Part shown: one piece after another, positions 1-12,600 of the stretch
How the letters are laid out: each line of letters opens with the position of its first letter
Position numbering within the stretch: position 1 is the stretch's first letter
Source: Lama glama
Taxonomy: Eukaryota
DNA: 64,000 bases
Assembly: GCA_028534125.1 (NCBI GenBank)
Contig: CM052817.1
Coordinates: forward strand, 10,232,001 to 10,296,000
Direction of reading: 5' to 3'
Translations under genes and position numbers: made by a program
The notes under the pieces: model-generated
What the model saw: the letters and a program-made list of their open reading frames with translations, nothing else
Database searches by the model: none
What the model was told of the DNA's origin: nothing

Positions 1-1689
1 ACAATTGCATGAAGGCTGTTAGTATCACTGATAAAATGTTGCTACATTAAAATTAGGTACAACCAGAAGAGAGACAAGCCTAGCAGCCAAGGGCTTGAAG
101 AAGAAAATACTTTAGAAGATTCTAAATTATTGTGGATGTTTTTCTTTGAAAATATTCTGTATGATTCATGAATATGAAAGCAGCTTAGACAAGATAATTG
201 ACAATTTCAATGGAATTAACATTCAGAGAAATAGTCCAATTCTACTTGTTACTGTCCTAAATTTATGTGAAAAGTGAGTCTATATAGAAATTTGTAGCCA
301 TAGCCTGAAGTCTTTCTAGCAGTTCCTTTATCTCTTTGAAATTAGATCAAAGTAAAAAAAAATAAATGAATAACTTGAACATTCATAAAATTAACCTCCT
401 CCCATGCATACTTCGCTATGATAGATTTTAACATCTTTCTGTTCCAACTATAGAGATGAGAGATGTGAAGAGAGTGTGATGGCTTTTGTACTCTTGTCAA
501 TCTGGCACGAGGTCTCCTGGTTTCTGCCTGTGGGATCCCTGGAATCTGACATGGGAGCAAAGCTGGGTGTGACGTGTGAGCAGCGTATCCAGCCTCTTTC
601 CAGCTGGAGTGAAGCCCTGGACACAGAGGATCCAGTGATCATTTCTGTTGGAGAAGTCATTGGAAGAGTCACTGCTGTGATTCCTTGTGTCACGTGATCA
701 GTGATTCACGGTTCACCCCATCAGGATTTGAGGGACAAGAAAGATGCTAGGATCACCCATGTACAAGTCTTACATTAATATATTGAAGACCAGGAGCAGC
801 TATTTCTTTTGGTCTCTCAGAGAAATTTCTGTGTTCTTAGAGACATACTGTGCACAGCGAAGCATGTAGCCAATCAGCAAATATTTCTTGCACACTTACT
901 TGCCACGTGACATGCTATGATGACAAAAAAATCCCTTGTCATAACCCCTCTGAACTTAAAAGCACCCAGGAATGCCCTTCCTGGAGAGATTTTCCAATGA
1001 TTAAATACGATTCTAAGCCAGGGCTTAGTGTAAGTGTTGGGTTTATCAAAACCATCTATCGTTCTTAAAGGGTGTCACAAAGTTGTCACTTTCGACTTTT
1101 CATTTCTCAAATCAACTCCCACAGGGGTTTGTTCACCTCTCAAAAAATTGGCTCCTGAAATGTAATCCCCTGGTGGCAGCTTTCTAGGGTTACATGGTTC
1201 AAGTATTACAGCAGAAATCACAGGCACGCTGCTCCAAGATAAGAGACTAGCATCTTGTGCATTTTTTTTTTAATCCAAATGAGTTCTCTTTGGTGAAAGA
1301 GAAAAGCAGGTGCAAATCGCAAGCAAACCTTATAAAGTTCGTATTTCAGAGCCAATCATTTCTTAAAGAAAATTTTTATTTTCCCAGGAAAAAGAAACCT
1401 GTAACATAAAAACTGGGTAACTTTTTCTTCTGCTACTTGGAGTGTATTATTAATAGAAATTACAGTCTTTTTTTCTAGCAAGATCATGGGCTCTAAACAG
1501 CAATAACCCAGAGTTCTACAGCTTTGGCAATGACTTATCCAACTTCGCGCCCCTCCTACAGAAAAGAAAAAAGGGCAAAAGCAGACGCTATACAACCTCA
1601 GAAGCACAGGACAAGTTGGGAGAAACAGTTGCAATTCTTGCCCCAGACAAACAGCTAATTAAATGGTAGGAGAAAGACGCACTGTTCAG

Positions 1690-2677
1690 AACACCTTCAC
1701 TTCTCCTGTGTGTCCCCTTAACTCTCACCCTGCTACCACACTCACAACGCTTCCCACACCAGAAGTGTGGATTTTTTTGTCTCCCACACCAAGCATTTCT
1801 GTGACACCAGCTGGGTGTCCTACAGTTTAACTCGATTCTGACGCCACCCGGAGACAGCGTCAGATGCCGCAGGTTAAGGGCTCAGTCCCAGAACACTGCC
1901 CAGATGCCAATCATCAGCCCAGGTTGTCACCTGGGCTTCTGACTATAAATCAAAACTCCTCGGGTTTGATTGATTTACTAGAGTGGCTCACAGGACTCAG
2001 GAAAACAGTTTGCCAGTTTACGATAAAAGGACATAACGAAGGCTACAGATGAACACTCAGTTGGAAGAGACGTGTAGGGCAAGGTACGTGGGAAGAAGCA
2101 TGAAGATTCATGCACTCTCAGGCACATCACTCTCCCAGCACCTCCTCATGTTTGCCAACCCAGAAGCTCTCTGTGCCCCACACTCCTGGGATTTCTATGG
2201 AGGCTTCTTCACGTAGGCACAATCAGTGATTGACTCCATTTCCAGCCCCTCTCTGAGGTCTCTGGAGACCAGGGGCCGGGGTTTGGTGGGGCTGAAAATG
2301 ACAAACTTCTTATCATGAAGTGGTCTTTCTGGCGACAGCCCGTATTCAGGAGCCGTCCAGGAGCCCACCCAGAGTTGCCTCATTAGAACAAAAGACATCC
2401 CAGTCATCCAAGAAATTCCAAGGGATTTAGTGGTAAATTCCAAGAATTTATCCAATATTTGTATGCCCATGCATGAGGAATGCTGTATATACAAGGTTAC
2501 TCTTTGCATCATCGTAATTGCTAAGTGTTTATCCGGAAGCAGAATTAAAAACCAGGTGTTAAAACAAAGGTGCTCCTGGTTGTCTTATCGCTTAGGAAAT
2601 TGCAAAAGTTTTAGAAGGTCTGTGCCAGGAAGGAACCAGGGGCAGAGATCAATATATATATTCTCTACTTTTTCACA
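1690..2677 (-). mobile_element. MER21-family LTR (solo)
   Basis: Antisense MER21-type blocks: gacaccagctgggtgtcctaca...caggttaagggctcagtccca, and ggaaattccaagggatttag...tgtgccaggaa...atatatatattc...tcaca at the terminus. Confidence 0.75.
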
Positions 2678-2679
2678 CC

Positions 2680-3350
2680 CACAATCTAAAGAAAAATGGG
2701 CAAAGGGTGTGGACAGATAGAAAAAAAAGATATCAGTGGAAATAGAAAGCATATGAAAAGATTTTCCACTGACTCATAGAAAGAGAAATGCAATGTAAAA
2801 CTAGCCAGAATTGTCATTATTTACCTACTAAAATGGCAAAACCCCAAAATTTGGCTATCGGAGTCACAGGAAAGGAGGTATTTTTATACGTATCTGACAG
2901 CAGTGCAAATTTGTACAACTCTACAGTGGGTGGTTTGGAAGCAGTTGTGAAACTTACAAATGCAAGCATCCTTTGACCTGGCACTTGTATGAATTTATCC
3001 AATATTTATACTCCTACACATGAGGAATGCTGTACGTACAAGTTTACTCTTTGCATCATTGTTTGTAATTGCAGGAGATCAGAAACAAGCTAAGTGTTCA
3101 TCAGGATGGAACTGTTAAATAAACTTTTATTCATCTATGCAATGAAGAGGTCTTTCACATATATTTCTAGGGAGATTGCTAAGATGTGTTAGATGAAAAA
3201 ACAGAGTGTATAGTATGCTACCATTTGTGTAATAAAAGGGATAAAATGTATATGTTTGTATTGTATGTAGATAGATAGGGTTTTTTTTTTGTAAAAAATA
3301 TGAATGAAATATCTATGGGATGAGGAACTTACTCCATAAGTAATGGGGAA
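2680..3350 (+). mobile_element. Old L1 (L1ME-like) ORF2 end / 3' UTR fragment
   Basis: Degenerate L1 text: gaaaaatgggcaaagg...catatgaaaagattttcc...agaaatgcaatgtaaaac...gtatagtatgctaccatttgtgtaa. Confidence 0.7.
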
Positions 3351-3859
3351 GGAGGAGGATAAATTATTCTGTTACCAGGCACAGTGTGGTATCATAGAAA
3401 GAAGTACAAGGGACCCAGAAGTAAGAATGTATCTTTCTAGGAGCTGGTAAAAGGAGGAGGCATATTTTGATCCATGGATGGCAGGTCTCCAGGGAGTGAT
3501 GCAAGAAAGGGGTCACTCCAGGTGGAAGAAATTTTCAAAGCCTTCAAAGAAGCTGATGTGACATTTGGTGCCCAAAATAGAAAAGAATTTCAGGCCACAG
3601 TTTCAGGTGTCCTGGAAGGAAATGGCAAAAGATGGGTCAGATAAGGCTGATTCCAAGTCAAGGGAGCAAGATGGGTGAAGATGCTCAGGTGGGAAGGAGA
3701 TAATGTGACTAACATCAGCTTCACTGTGACAGAACTTTTGCTGTGAACCATCAGAAATGCAATTGAAACAGCAAGAAAAAGCTTTACACAAACCGAGTTA
3801 GCTTCACAACCCTCATCCTTTCTCAAAAGCCTGGATGAGAACAGCAGCTTTGTTCCCGG

Positions 3860-4335
3860 TCCTGCCTCACCCAGCACATCCTCCACCATGCTGATGGTGC
3901 GATTCCTAACGCCCAGATCAAGCTGTGTCCACCACTGCCTTGAAACCCTTTGAAGCTGCTCTCTGGCTCTCAGAATCAGGTTTGGACTCCTTATGTGGCA
4001 CGTAAGACCTGTGATCAGTCCTGGCCTCATCTCTCCCCAGCCCTGTCTTTCTGAACTTGATCCACCAACTTTCCTGTACTACTTGAGTCTGGCCCACAAG
4101 CCTATGCAATTCCACGCCTCTCTGCTTTTCCTCTGCTGAGGATGCTCCGTCCTCCCTTCCTTCTAACCTGCCCAACATGTGAGACATAGCTCAGAGCTCC
4201 TCTCTTTTGGGCAGCCTTTGGTCTTTTGCCTTCACCCTTTGCCACAGAGGGACCACCTTCCATCATCTCTGCATCACCTGTGCTTAAAGGGGGAGGCTGT
4301 ATCTCCTGTTAGGCACCTTGAGATATTCATTGAAA
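3860..4335 (+). mobile_element. L2 fragment
   Basis: Pyrimidine-rich L2 3'-region phrasing (ccactgccttgaaaccctttg...gctgaggatgctcc...tattcattgaaat). Confidence 0.5.
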
Positions 4336-5199
4336 TTAAGTAATTAACTATACAACATACAAAATATTTTATATTATATGTAACACCCAAACCTAGTCAT
4401 AAAATTGGCAGTGATGGCAACATACATTTGCAAGCTTTTCAGTGTTACAGAGAGCTTTGGCATATTTTTAAGCTCTATTCCTTACTTCATTCTTCATTAT
4501 CAAAGAACATCATTATTTACCGATGCTCCCACTTAAACAAAGAACTTGCTGCTTACTGGATTAACTGAAATGTTCCACCCCTTTGATGAATTTGACCTAT
4601 AATTTGATTACGTAAGAAAACATCTCAGCAGGGGCTCCCTGAAGAAACAGGAAAGAGCAGAGGAGACGAGGAACAGAAACAGTTGATGGTAAGGAACTCA
4701 GCAGGGTGCAGGGAGGGGGTGGTGTTGTTAATAAAAAAAGAAGAAAGAAGATTTTCATCTAAAATGAGAAGAGAAAAAAACAGCTGCATCTCAACAAGAT
4801 ACTATGATTTGCTTCCATTTATGGGTATAATGGGGAAAAAATCACTTGAACATTGGGGTTAAAATTGGGTTGAATTGAAAAGAAATCCAGCTGGATAAAA
4901 ATGGCAGATCTGAACTGAAATGTAAGGTATCCTTGAAATGGCATTAGAAATGTGAGGAAAATGGCTGTACTTTAGGTTGGGTGATTACTCTGTGACCCAG
5001 AGGAAACTGAGGTTTATAGTCATTGAAACTTCGCTGGTTTCCAGCCTATCAGAGTTCACAGAGACCTTGGTCTCACTCTGCACAAAGTCAGTGGAAGGCT
5101 GAGCTGGCACTCCGTGCCGATCTGTGGAAGTGGATGCCCGTGCTTCTGTGCTAGTATTTCTCAATCCCAGTTAGGCAGTGAATTGGTATAAGCTGAAGC

Positions 5200-5700
5200 C
5201 CCAATCTACCCGCACCACCATGCGGTCACTCAACCTGTCTTTACTGGCTCAGCGAGTGGTACCACCGTTCCTCATCCATCCAACACAGACACCTAGGCAT
5301 CAGCCCTCTTCCCTCCTTTTCTCTCAACCTCCTTATCCAGTCCATCAGCAAGTGCTATCAATTTTACCTCCTAACTATGCCTCTAATGCGATGCTTTTCT
5401 TGCTGTCCACTCCCAGACCACTAGTCCAAGCCTCTGACACATTTGTACAACCTAATTTGCCTCTCTGCTTCTCCTCATGTCTTTTCCATACCCAGTTTCC
5501 TAACAGCAGCCAGAAGGAGCTCTTAGAACTGAAGCTGGATCCTCAGTGGCAGGAGAACCAAGCCTCTTTCCTTGGCATAACCAGCCCTACATCACGAAGT
5601 TCATGCCTTCCACTCCAAACCCTCTCCTCTCTTCTCCCTCCCATCTTGTACACTGTAGCCCCGGTGTTTGCTCAGGGTTCTCATCTGGCTGTGCAAGCTC
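5200..5700 (+). mobile_element. L2 fragment
   Basis: cctaggcatcagccc...ccagtccatcagcaagtgctatcaattttacctcctaa...ctagtccaagcc...cagcagccaga, typical of L2 ORF2 3' part. Confidence 0.65.
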
Positions 5701-6289
5701 TATCCCTCATTGGCCATTGGGGTCCCTAAGACTTCCTCACTGAACCTCACATGGGTTCCCAAAGCCTTGAGGTCCACTTACATACAATCCTTGGGTATCC
5801 AAACTTGACCTCCAATGTCCTGACCTCCCTAGCCCCCCAGATGTGGTTATCTCTTCCTGAAACAGCTCTCTCTCCCCTTCACCTTCTCTTTGCTGGACTG
5901 GTAAAGAGAGACAAATCTAGAGGTCCCATTTCCTTCGTCCTTTCAGAGGTTTAGCAAGCAGCTGGCATAGGAGGTGTGCGTTCCTTTCTCTTCAGCACCT
6001 GCTGCGGTGGTTCTGGTCCAGCTTTGCCTGTGGGATAATGATGCTGGGCGACTGTGTGCCCTGGGCGACTTCTCCATGTTTAAGCTTCACCCCCAGAAGC
6101 CCATGGCACATCCTGACAAAGCACGGCACTTGTGTGTGCCTGATAACGGACCTCATCGCATTCTCATCACGAGAATATAAGCTCCATGAGGGCAGGGAGC
6201 CCGTGGGCACCTTCAGCTCCATCTCCTCTCCACCTCCTCGCACGGCGGTCTGGAGCGCCGGCTCTGGCACCCAGCAGCCTGCGCAGAAT

Positions 6290-6460
6290 CTTAGCACTGA
6301 AACTGACCAGCTGTGTCAATCTGAGAAAGTTACTCAAATCTTTGTGTCCCCTTTCCTCCTCTGTAAAATTGGAAAAATAACAGGTTTGTGAGGAGTAAAC
6401 AAGTTAATGCTCATCACTTAGGACTGTGCCAGGCACTTGGAAGTTCCCATGTAAGTCTGG
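6290..6460 (+). mobile_element. MIR SINE
   Basis: gaccagctgtgtc...tttcctcctctgtaaaattggaaaaataac...tgtgaggagtaaac...gtgccaggcac. Confidence 0.6.
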
Positions 6461-6974
6461 ATTGGCCTTTTTATGATAGATGTTCAATCAACATAGGTTA
6501 GAAGAATGAATGAGTGGACTATGTAGGTATCAGCTCAAACATCGCTTCTCTAGTGAGGCCTTCCCTGAAATCCCAGCTAAAGTGGGGTCTTCTCTATGAG
6601 GTCACGTTATCACAATTTGTTCTTTTCTCCTTGGTGTCTTACTCCCAGGGTCTCTCTCTCTGGCTAGACGTGAACACTCCAAAGGCCAGCCCCCCTTTGC
6701 TTCACTGGAGCCCCTTTCACGCAGGGCCCAGCACATTGTGTTGTCCAAGGTTAAGTGCTTAATGAAAGAAATGCAGTGCAAAGTCCACTTGATTGTGTGT
6801 TTCAGAAATGCAGAACATTGGAGGCCAAGGTTGGATACCCTGGCATTAGATGACACAGACCACAAGGCTTTGGCGAATCCAGGTACTGTTGGATAAACGT
6901 TCTGGGGACTCACATGCCAATGATTAATAGAGCTGATACTTTTGAATGTCCATGCATCCACTCTTCAAATCAGA

Positions 6975-7170
6975 ACAGCATCATATGTGGCTAAGGTTAT
7001 GGTTTTTGGAGTCAGAACTGGTTGCCAACCTTGGCTCTGCCACCTAGTGGCCATGTGAGCTAAGGCACATGCCTCAGCATTTTTGAGCCTCAGCTTCTCT
7101 GTGTAATGGGAATGATGACTATTTATCTCATAGGGTTGTTGCAATAGTTAAATGAGAGAATGCATGTAAC
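6975..7170 (+). mobile_element. MIR SINE
   Basis: tggctaaggttatgg...ggagtcaga...ggctctgccac...gagcctcagcttc...tctcatagggttgttgcaatagttaaatgagagaatgcatgtaa follows the MIR consensus. Confidence 0.8.
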
Positions 7171-7267
7171 TTGTTTAGGATATATAGCATTGAATTCTTA
7201 CTTCGACCTCAGCTTCCCTCTGGGTCTGCACTAAACTGAAGAGAAAGGAGTAAAAGAGAAAAAGACA

Positions 7268-7393
7268 CTGTAATAAACTATAATGGTAAAGAATCTGAAA
7301 AAGTACACACACACACACACATAACTCAGTCACTTTGCTACACACCTCTGAAACTAACATAACATTGTAAATCAACTATATCTCAATTAAAAA
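7268..7393 (+). mobile_element. L1 3' terminus (artiodactyl-type) with internal (CA)n
   Basis: tgtaataaactataatgg...gaatctgaaaaag...cactttgct...ctgaaactaacataacattgtaaatcaactata...caattaaaaa. Confidence 0.8.
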
Positions 7394-7949
7394 TGTTATT
7401 TTTCCTCATACATAACAAAAGTTGCAAAAAAGTGAAAAAAAAAAAAAGAGAGAGGAAGAAAGGGAGATGTGGGAGGGGAGGAAACAGCGTATGAGAACCA
7501 GCAGCAAGCTGCCAGAGTGCATGGAGGGGCAGATGACACACGGGGTAGAGGAAGCAGCACCCAGCTGCCCACAGAGAGGGATGAGGGTGCAGAGCAAGCC
7601 TGCGTTTACTCCACAGAACCCAGGAAAATCTAGGGACTTGGAAGCACCATGAACTGCTGAAGGCCAGAGGCGAGGACCGTGCCTGAACACCCAGGAACTG
7701 AGTGAAAGTCTGACACTGAGCAGTAAGACCTTAGGCCTTCACCTTTTGTTCTTAGGAGACATCCCCACCCCCTTCTCCAGGGGCCTGGAGGCTCAATCTC
7801 AGGCCGTGAGGATGCCCGTCAGAGCGGGGTGGAGTGGAGTGGAGGAGCGGGGCATTGGGTTGAAATAAGCGTCATGTAATGAAAGTCTACAGACTGAATG
7901 TTGAGACACTGCAGCTTGCCTGTAGTCCCTGCTCCCTGACTTGCTTCCA

Positions 7950-8950
7950 GAACTTCAGCAGACAGGAATATTCCAGTTTTCTTGCACTGCCACCAACACA
8001 CACACATCACAAGATTCTTCTTTGGAAAAATGGAATTGCTCAAGAGAAAATAGATATCCATACCGTGACCATGTAGTATCTCCCCAGTGGAAAACTCAGT
8101 TTGCCTCTAATCTACCTGGGACAGGCTCACCAGCACAGAGCTTCCACTATGTCCCAGGGCCTCCTTCTCAAATATGAAGCATCTCTGGGTACTTGAAAGA
8201 TTTGAGAAAGATGCCAACATGAAAGACCGAGATAAAGGCAAAGGAACTCCAGAAGAATGACAACAGAGACAATGAAAGAACATTTAGACATTCTATTGTT
8301 GATATCTTTAGGGATATAAAGCAAGATACTGAATTCACAAAAAAGAATAGGATGACATAAAGGAGCAATGAGAAAAAAATAGCTCTTTGATTTTAAAAAT
8401 GTAATAATTGCAATAAAAAAATTAAATAGGAAGATTGGTAGAAATGCTAAGAAAGTCTTTTAAAAACTGGAGCTAAAATCAAAGAAGAATAGAAAGACAC
8501 TACTGTTTAGACTGAAGGCCCCCCACCCCCACATCCACATCACAGTGAATGAGAAGAGACCCACACAAGACACATCATTAAGAGATTTTTGACGACCAGT
8601 GAGAATGAGAAGAATCAAGGTTTTTAGATGAAAAACAAGTCAATACAAATAAATTAAGTTCAGAATGGCATTAGAAAATAAAATAGTGACATAGTGTACA
8701 GGAAGACAGAGCAATGTCTTCAAAATTCTGAAAGAAAATTATTTTCAACATGTAATTCTCTATTAAGGTATCTTCCAGTCAACCCTAAGTGTAAACTAAA
8801 GCCATTCTCAGAAGGGAAGGGATTAAGAAATTTTATCTCCCATAGACACATTCTTATGAAGGTATTGGAAGATGTATTTTAGCAAAAAGAGGAGTAAACC
8901 AAGAAATAGGCCAACATGGGGTCCAGGGAACAAAGAGTCCAACAGAGAGT
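7950..8950 (+). mobile_element. Old L1 5' / ORF1 region fragment
   Basis: A-rich degenerate ORF1-like sequence (gaatgagaagagacccacacaagacacatc...gcaatgtcttcaaaattctgaaagaaaattattttcaac). Confidence 0.55.
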
Positions 8951-9109
8951 CAGGGATAGGAAGCTGCAGGTCACAGCAGTCCTAGATGGTCATCTAGTCT
9001 GCCCTAAGTTTCCAGCCATGGCTCAGGGAGTAGGAAGCCAGGCAGGGTCCAGGAGACTCTAAGAGTTGAAGAGACAGAGCTGGGAGTCCTGGGAAGCCCA
9101 GGCAATTAA

Positions 9110-9720
9110 GGTTCTCTGGGTAGATTACCAAAGAGGAAAGCGCTGTGCACAGAGAGCTGTAGGGGAGTTACAGAGGGTCTCCCTTGAATACCCAGTTGTG
9201 TAGCGACCAAGGCAGGCCTGTGAGGAAGGCCTTCGCGACCAGGGAGAGAACCACCCAAAACAATCAGAGGCAATAGTGCCCAGAACTTACACGGAGGTGG
9301 GAATGGTGCCTGTTCCCAACAGCCAAAGCGGAAAACCTCATAATTCACAAGGCATTTGTGAATAACAGTTTTGCCGCAATAGTGGGGAAAGCTAATCCTG
9401 TCTGTCACTCAATCAAAAACCTGTCAGGTATGCAAAGAAGCAAGAAAATATGACCCACAATTAGGAGAGACGTCAATCAACTGAAACTGGTCCAGAAATA
9501 GCACAGCTGTTTGAATTAGTATATAAAACATTGAAAGTTATTACATCTGTATAGCATTTGTTTAAGAGGCCATAGAAAAGCCTGAACCTGGTTAGGTACA
9601 GCCATAGAAGAGATTTTTGGAAAACCCAAATCAAAATTCTAGAGGTAAAAATTATGTCTGACATGAAAAACACACTGGGTAGGACTGACAGTAGATTAGA
9701 TATTGTATCAACTGTACTCA
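9110..9720 (+). mobile_element. Old L1 (L1MB/MC-like) 5' region fragment
   Basis: aaacctcataattcacaaggcatt...aagaagcaagaaaatatgacccacaatt...aaatcaaaattctagaggtaaaaa...cagtagattagata. Confidence 0.6.
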
Positions 9721-10084
9721 AGATTACCTTGATTATGTAATAGCAACAAGATAATTTTAAAATCCTGGAGGAAGCAGTTCTCCTGTCTTCATTCTCATTT
9801 ATAATCAACACTGGACTCTCCTATTGACAGTGCCTGTAAGTTAATTAAAAAATAATTTGGCATCGATGTTAAGAAACCTGGCACGTTCTTCATTAAAATA
9901 GACTCTTTTCAGGCCATAGGGATAAATGTTTCCTGTTTAATGATACTAAGTGGTTGGCTCATTAAATTGTCATGAATAAATCCCCCTTTCCAAACACAGG
10001 CACACCGTGTTTTTAACCTTTTGTGCTACAGACAAGAGGGTCCTAGTGGGAAGGACTCAGGATTTGAAGGCCTGATTTTCAATA

Positions 10085-10610
10085 ATGTTCACCAAATACT
10101 TGTTGAGTCCATTCTGTGTTCCTGGCATGGTCTGAGGTGCTGGGGACCCACTGGTGAACAAGACATGGCACCCACCTCATGAAGGTCAAAATCTAATGGC
10201 AGGAGACACCAGAAAACTTGCTGTTCCGACACAGTGTGATAAGGGTTTGATGGGACAGTAGAGGTGCTGCTGGGAGCACCCAGGAAGGCATCTATTCAGG
10301 TTAGGAAGCCAGTGTCTCCTCTGGGATCCGAACAATGAACAGGGGTTGATCCAGTGAAGACGCAGAGGAAGATGATTCCCAGGAGAGGGCCCGGCATAGG
10401 CTCACAGTCAAGAAAAGATAGGCATCTTTGGGAAACTACAAGAAGCTCAGTGCGGTTAGACAGTTTGAGGACTGGGCTTGGTGAGCGATAAGCCTGGGGA
10501 GGTTCAGTTTACTTTCCTGGGGGACAAAAAAGGAATTGAAGAATTGAGAATATAATCACATTTACTTTGTAAAATGCTGACTCAGGTTAAAGCGTCAGAC
10601 TTGGAAGACA
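10085..10610 (-). mobile_element. L2 fragment
   Basis: Antisense L2 3' end: caaatacttgttgagtcc...gtgctggggacccactggtgaacaagaca. Confidence 0.65.
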
Positions 10611-11659
10611 GGGCAAGGAGGAGGCTGCTGCCTGTGCGTAGATCGCCTCCCTTCTCATCTCCTCAGGCATCTTGTTCTTTGTCTCCTTATGCTATCTCCT
10701 CCATCATCAGCCTCCCTTCTCTGTCTCCCTCTCATTGGCACCTAAATATTCCCCAGCCTCTGCCATCTTTCTGGCAGCCATCACTCTCCCTTTCCACTGC
10801 AATTTGCCTGAAGACCTGGCCACTTTCTCCCACACCACTTCTGACTTCCCCAGGGACTCTTCAGCCTTCTGAGGCCACCAGTGTCTTTCATGGGCTACAT
10901 TCAATGGATTTTTTTTTTTCAAGCTTTTATATTACTTTCCATACTGCAGCAGCACTTAACATGGTTGAAACTTCTTGGCATATTCTTGAAATTCTTTTGT
11001 GCCTTTGCTGTTCCTTCTAGTCCCTTTTGTCCATTCCTCTTCCTTTGCTAAAACATAAAAAAAAATATTACTCAGAAGTTTGTGTGTTCAAACCACTTTC
11101 TTCATTATTTAGAGGATTTAAAAAAATATTTGACATTCTATTATTCACACAGCGAATGCATAAGTCTATCTCTTTAAAACCATCCATCATTTACAAATAG
11201 AGCCAAAGTGCCACTTAAATACGACCCTTGGTGCTTCTCTATCCTGCACAGGTGACTGGGGTTATCCCCTGATGAGATTTATTACTAATTATTTTTTCTC
11301 AGCCTTTATATACGCCCCTACGTACCCAAAGAAAATTTCTATTTTGATATGTTTAGGTCGTGCTAGTAAATATGGATTTATTTTATTATTTATGCTATTT
11401 AAGACTGCAGATTAAACCAGACTTTTCTTTGATACCCACCTGCCAGCCTGAGGCCCCTCCCTCACCCCGGAGGTCACCACTGTTTTGTCCTAGAAGAAAT
11501 GGTTTTGGACCTTTACTTACAAATCCACAGTTTATAGTCTTGTTTCATGGAGTAAAAAAACTTAAGTAAACATATTTTTGCGACTTGTTTTTATAAATAA
11601 ACAATGTGTCTTGAAACTCTTTCCTTGTTGGTACCAGTGAGTCAGCCACACTCTCTTAA

Positions 11660-12132
11660 CATACGAATTATCGCAAACACAGTGGTTTAACACAACATAC
11701 ATGTGTTGTCTTACAGTTCTAGACGTCAGACTCCAGAATGGGTTTCAACGGGCTAGCATCAAGGTAACCGGCAGGGCTGCGTTCCGTCTGGAGATTACAG
11801 GTGAGAATCCGTCTCCTTCTCTTTTCCACCTTCTACCTGCTGAACTCCTTGGACTGTGGCCTCTTCCTCCACCTGCAAAGCCATCAGTGTAGTATCTTCA
11901 AACCTCTCACTGACTCTAGCCTGTCTGCTTTGCTCTTTCACATATAAGGACCCTTGTGTTTACACTGGGGCCACCTATACAATCCAGGATAATCTCTCAT
12001 TTTGAGATCCTCAGTTGCATCACCTACAGAGTCCTTTTCCATGGGAGGTAGTATGTTCCCAGGTTGCAGGGACAAGGATACCGACATCCCTTGGGGTTGA
12101 GGAGGGGTGTGGGTGTCATTCTACCTCCTACC
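11660..12132 (-). mobile_element. MLT1 (MaLR) LTR
   Basis: agtggtttaacacaaca...cttacagttct...ggcagggctgcgttcc...taaggacccttgtg...atccaggataatctc. Confidence 0.8.
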
Positions 12133-12139
12133 AGGGTTC

Positions 12140-12600
12140 CCTTGTAGTCAGGGCCCTTTCCTTCCTCCGTCTTTGTGCGCTCTCCCTGGTGACCTTCTTC
12201 ACTCTTATGGTGACAGCACATTTCCACCTCCAATTCCAGCTGCAACTATCAGATAATTGGACATCTCTTTGATGTCCCACAGGCTCTGGAAACCAAGTTG
12301 TTTCTCACCTTTAGGTCTTTGCATGATTTTTTCCTCTTGGCTTTAACACCCTTGTCTCCTGTCCTCAAGTAACACTATCTTCGTCGTCCTTCAAGACTCA
12401 AAGTGCGTGTACCCTTCTCCAGGAAGCTTTTTACATATTAGTGTTCATATATTCTAGAGCTACACCTCTTGCAATATCCATTCTGTATTGTAAATGCCTG
12501 GGTGTATGTGTCAACTTTCTGGGCCTAATTACTTACTGTAACCCCACTGCTTGGACTGAGGCTGGTATACAGTAGGCAGTCAAATGTTTGTTGAATAAAT
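12140..12600 (+). mobile_element. L2 fragment with 3' tail
   Basis: Ends in ctggtatacagtaggcagtcaaatgtttgttgaataaat, the L2 tail. Confidence 0.6.

Noticed and set aside
448..697. Overlapping 73-81-aa ORFs on both strands
   Set aside because: No recognisable homology or convincing splice sites; lengths are within chance expectation.
868..911. ER-stress element (CCAAT...CCACG)
   Set aside because: Spacing is 28 nt rather than the required 9.
1162..1180. CTCF-like CCACCAGGGGATT on the minus strand
   Set aside because: Lacks the conserved GGC(G/A) 3' core positions.
5178..5729. 183-aa ORF
   Set aside because: GTG start and located in a decayed L2; no independent gene signals.
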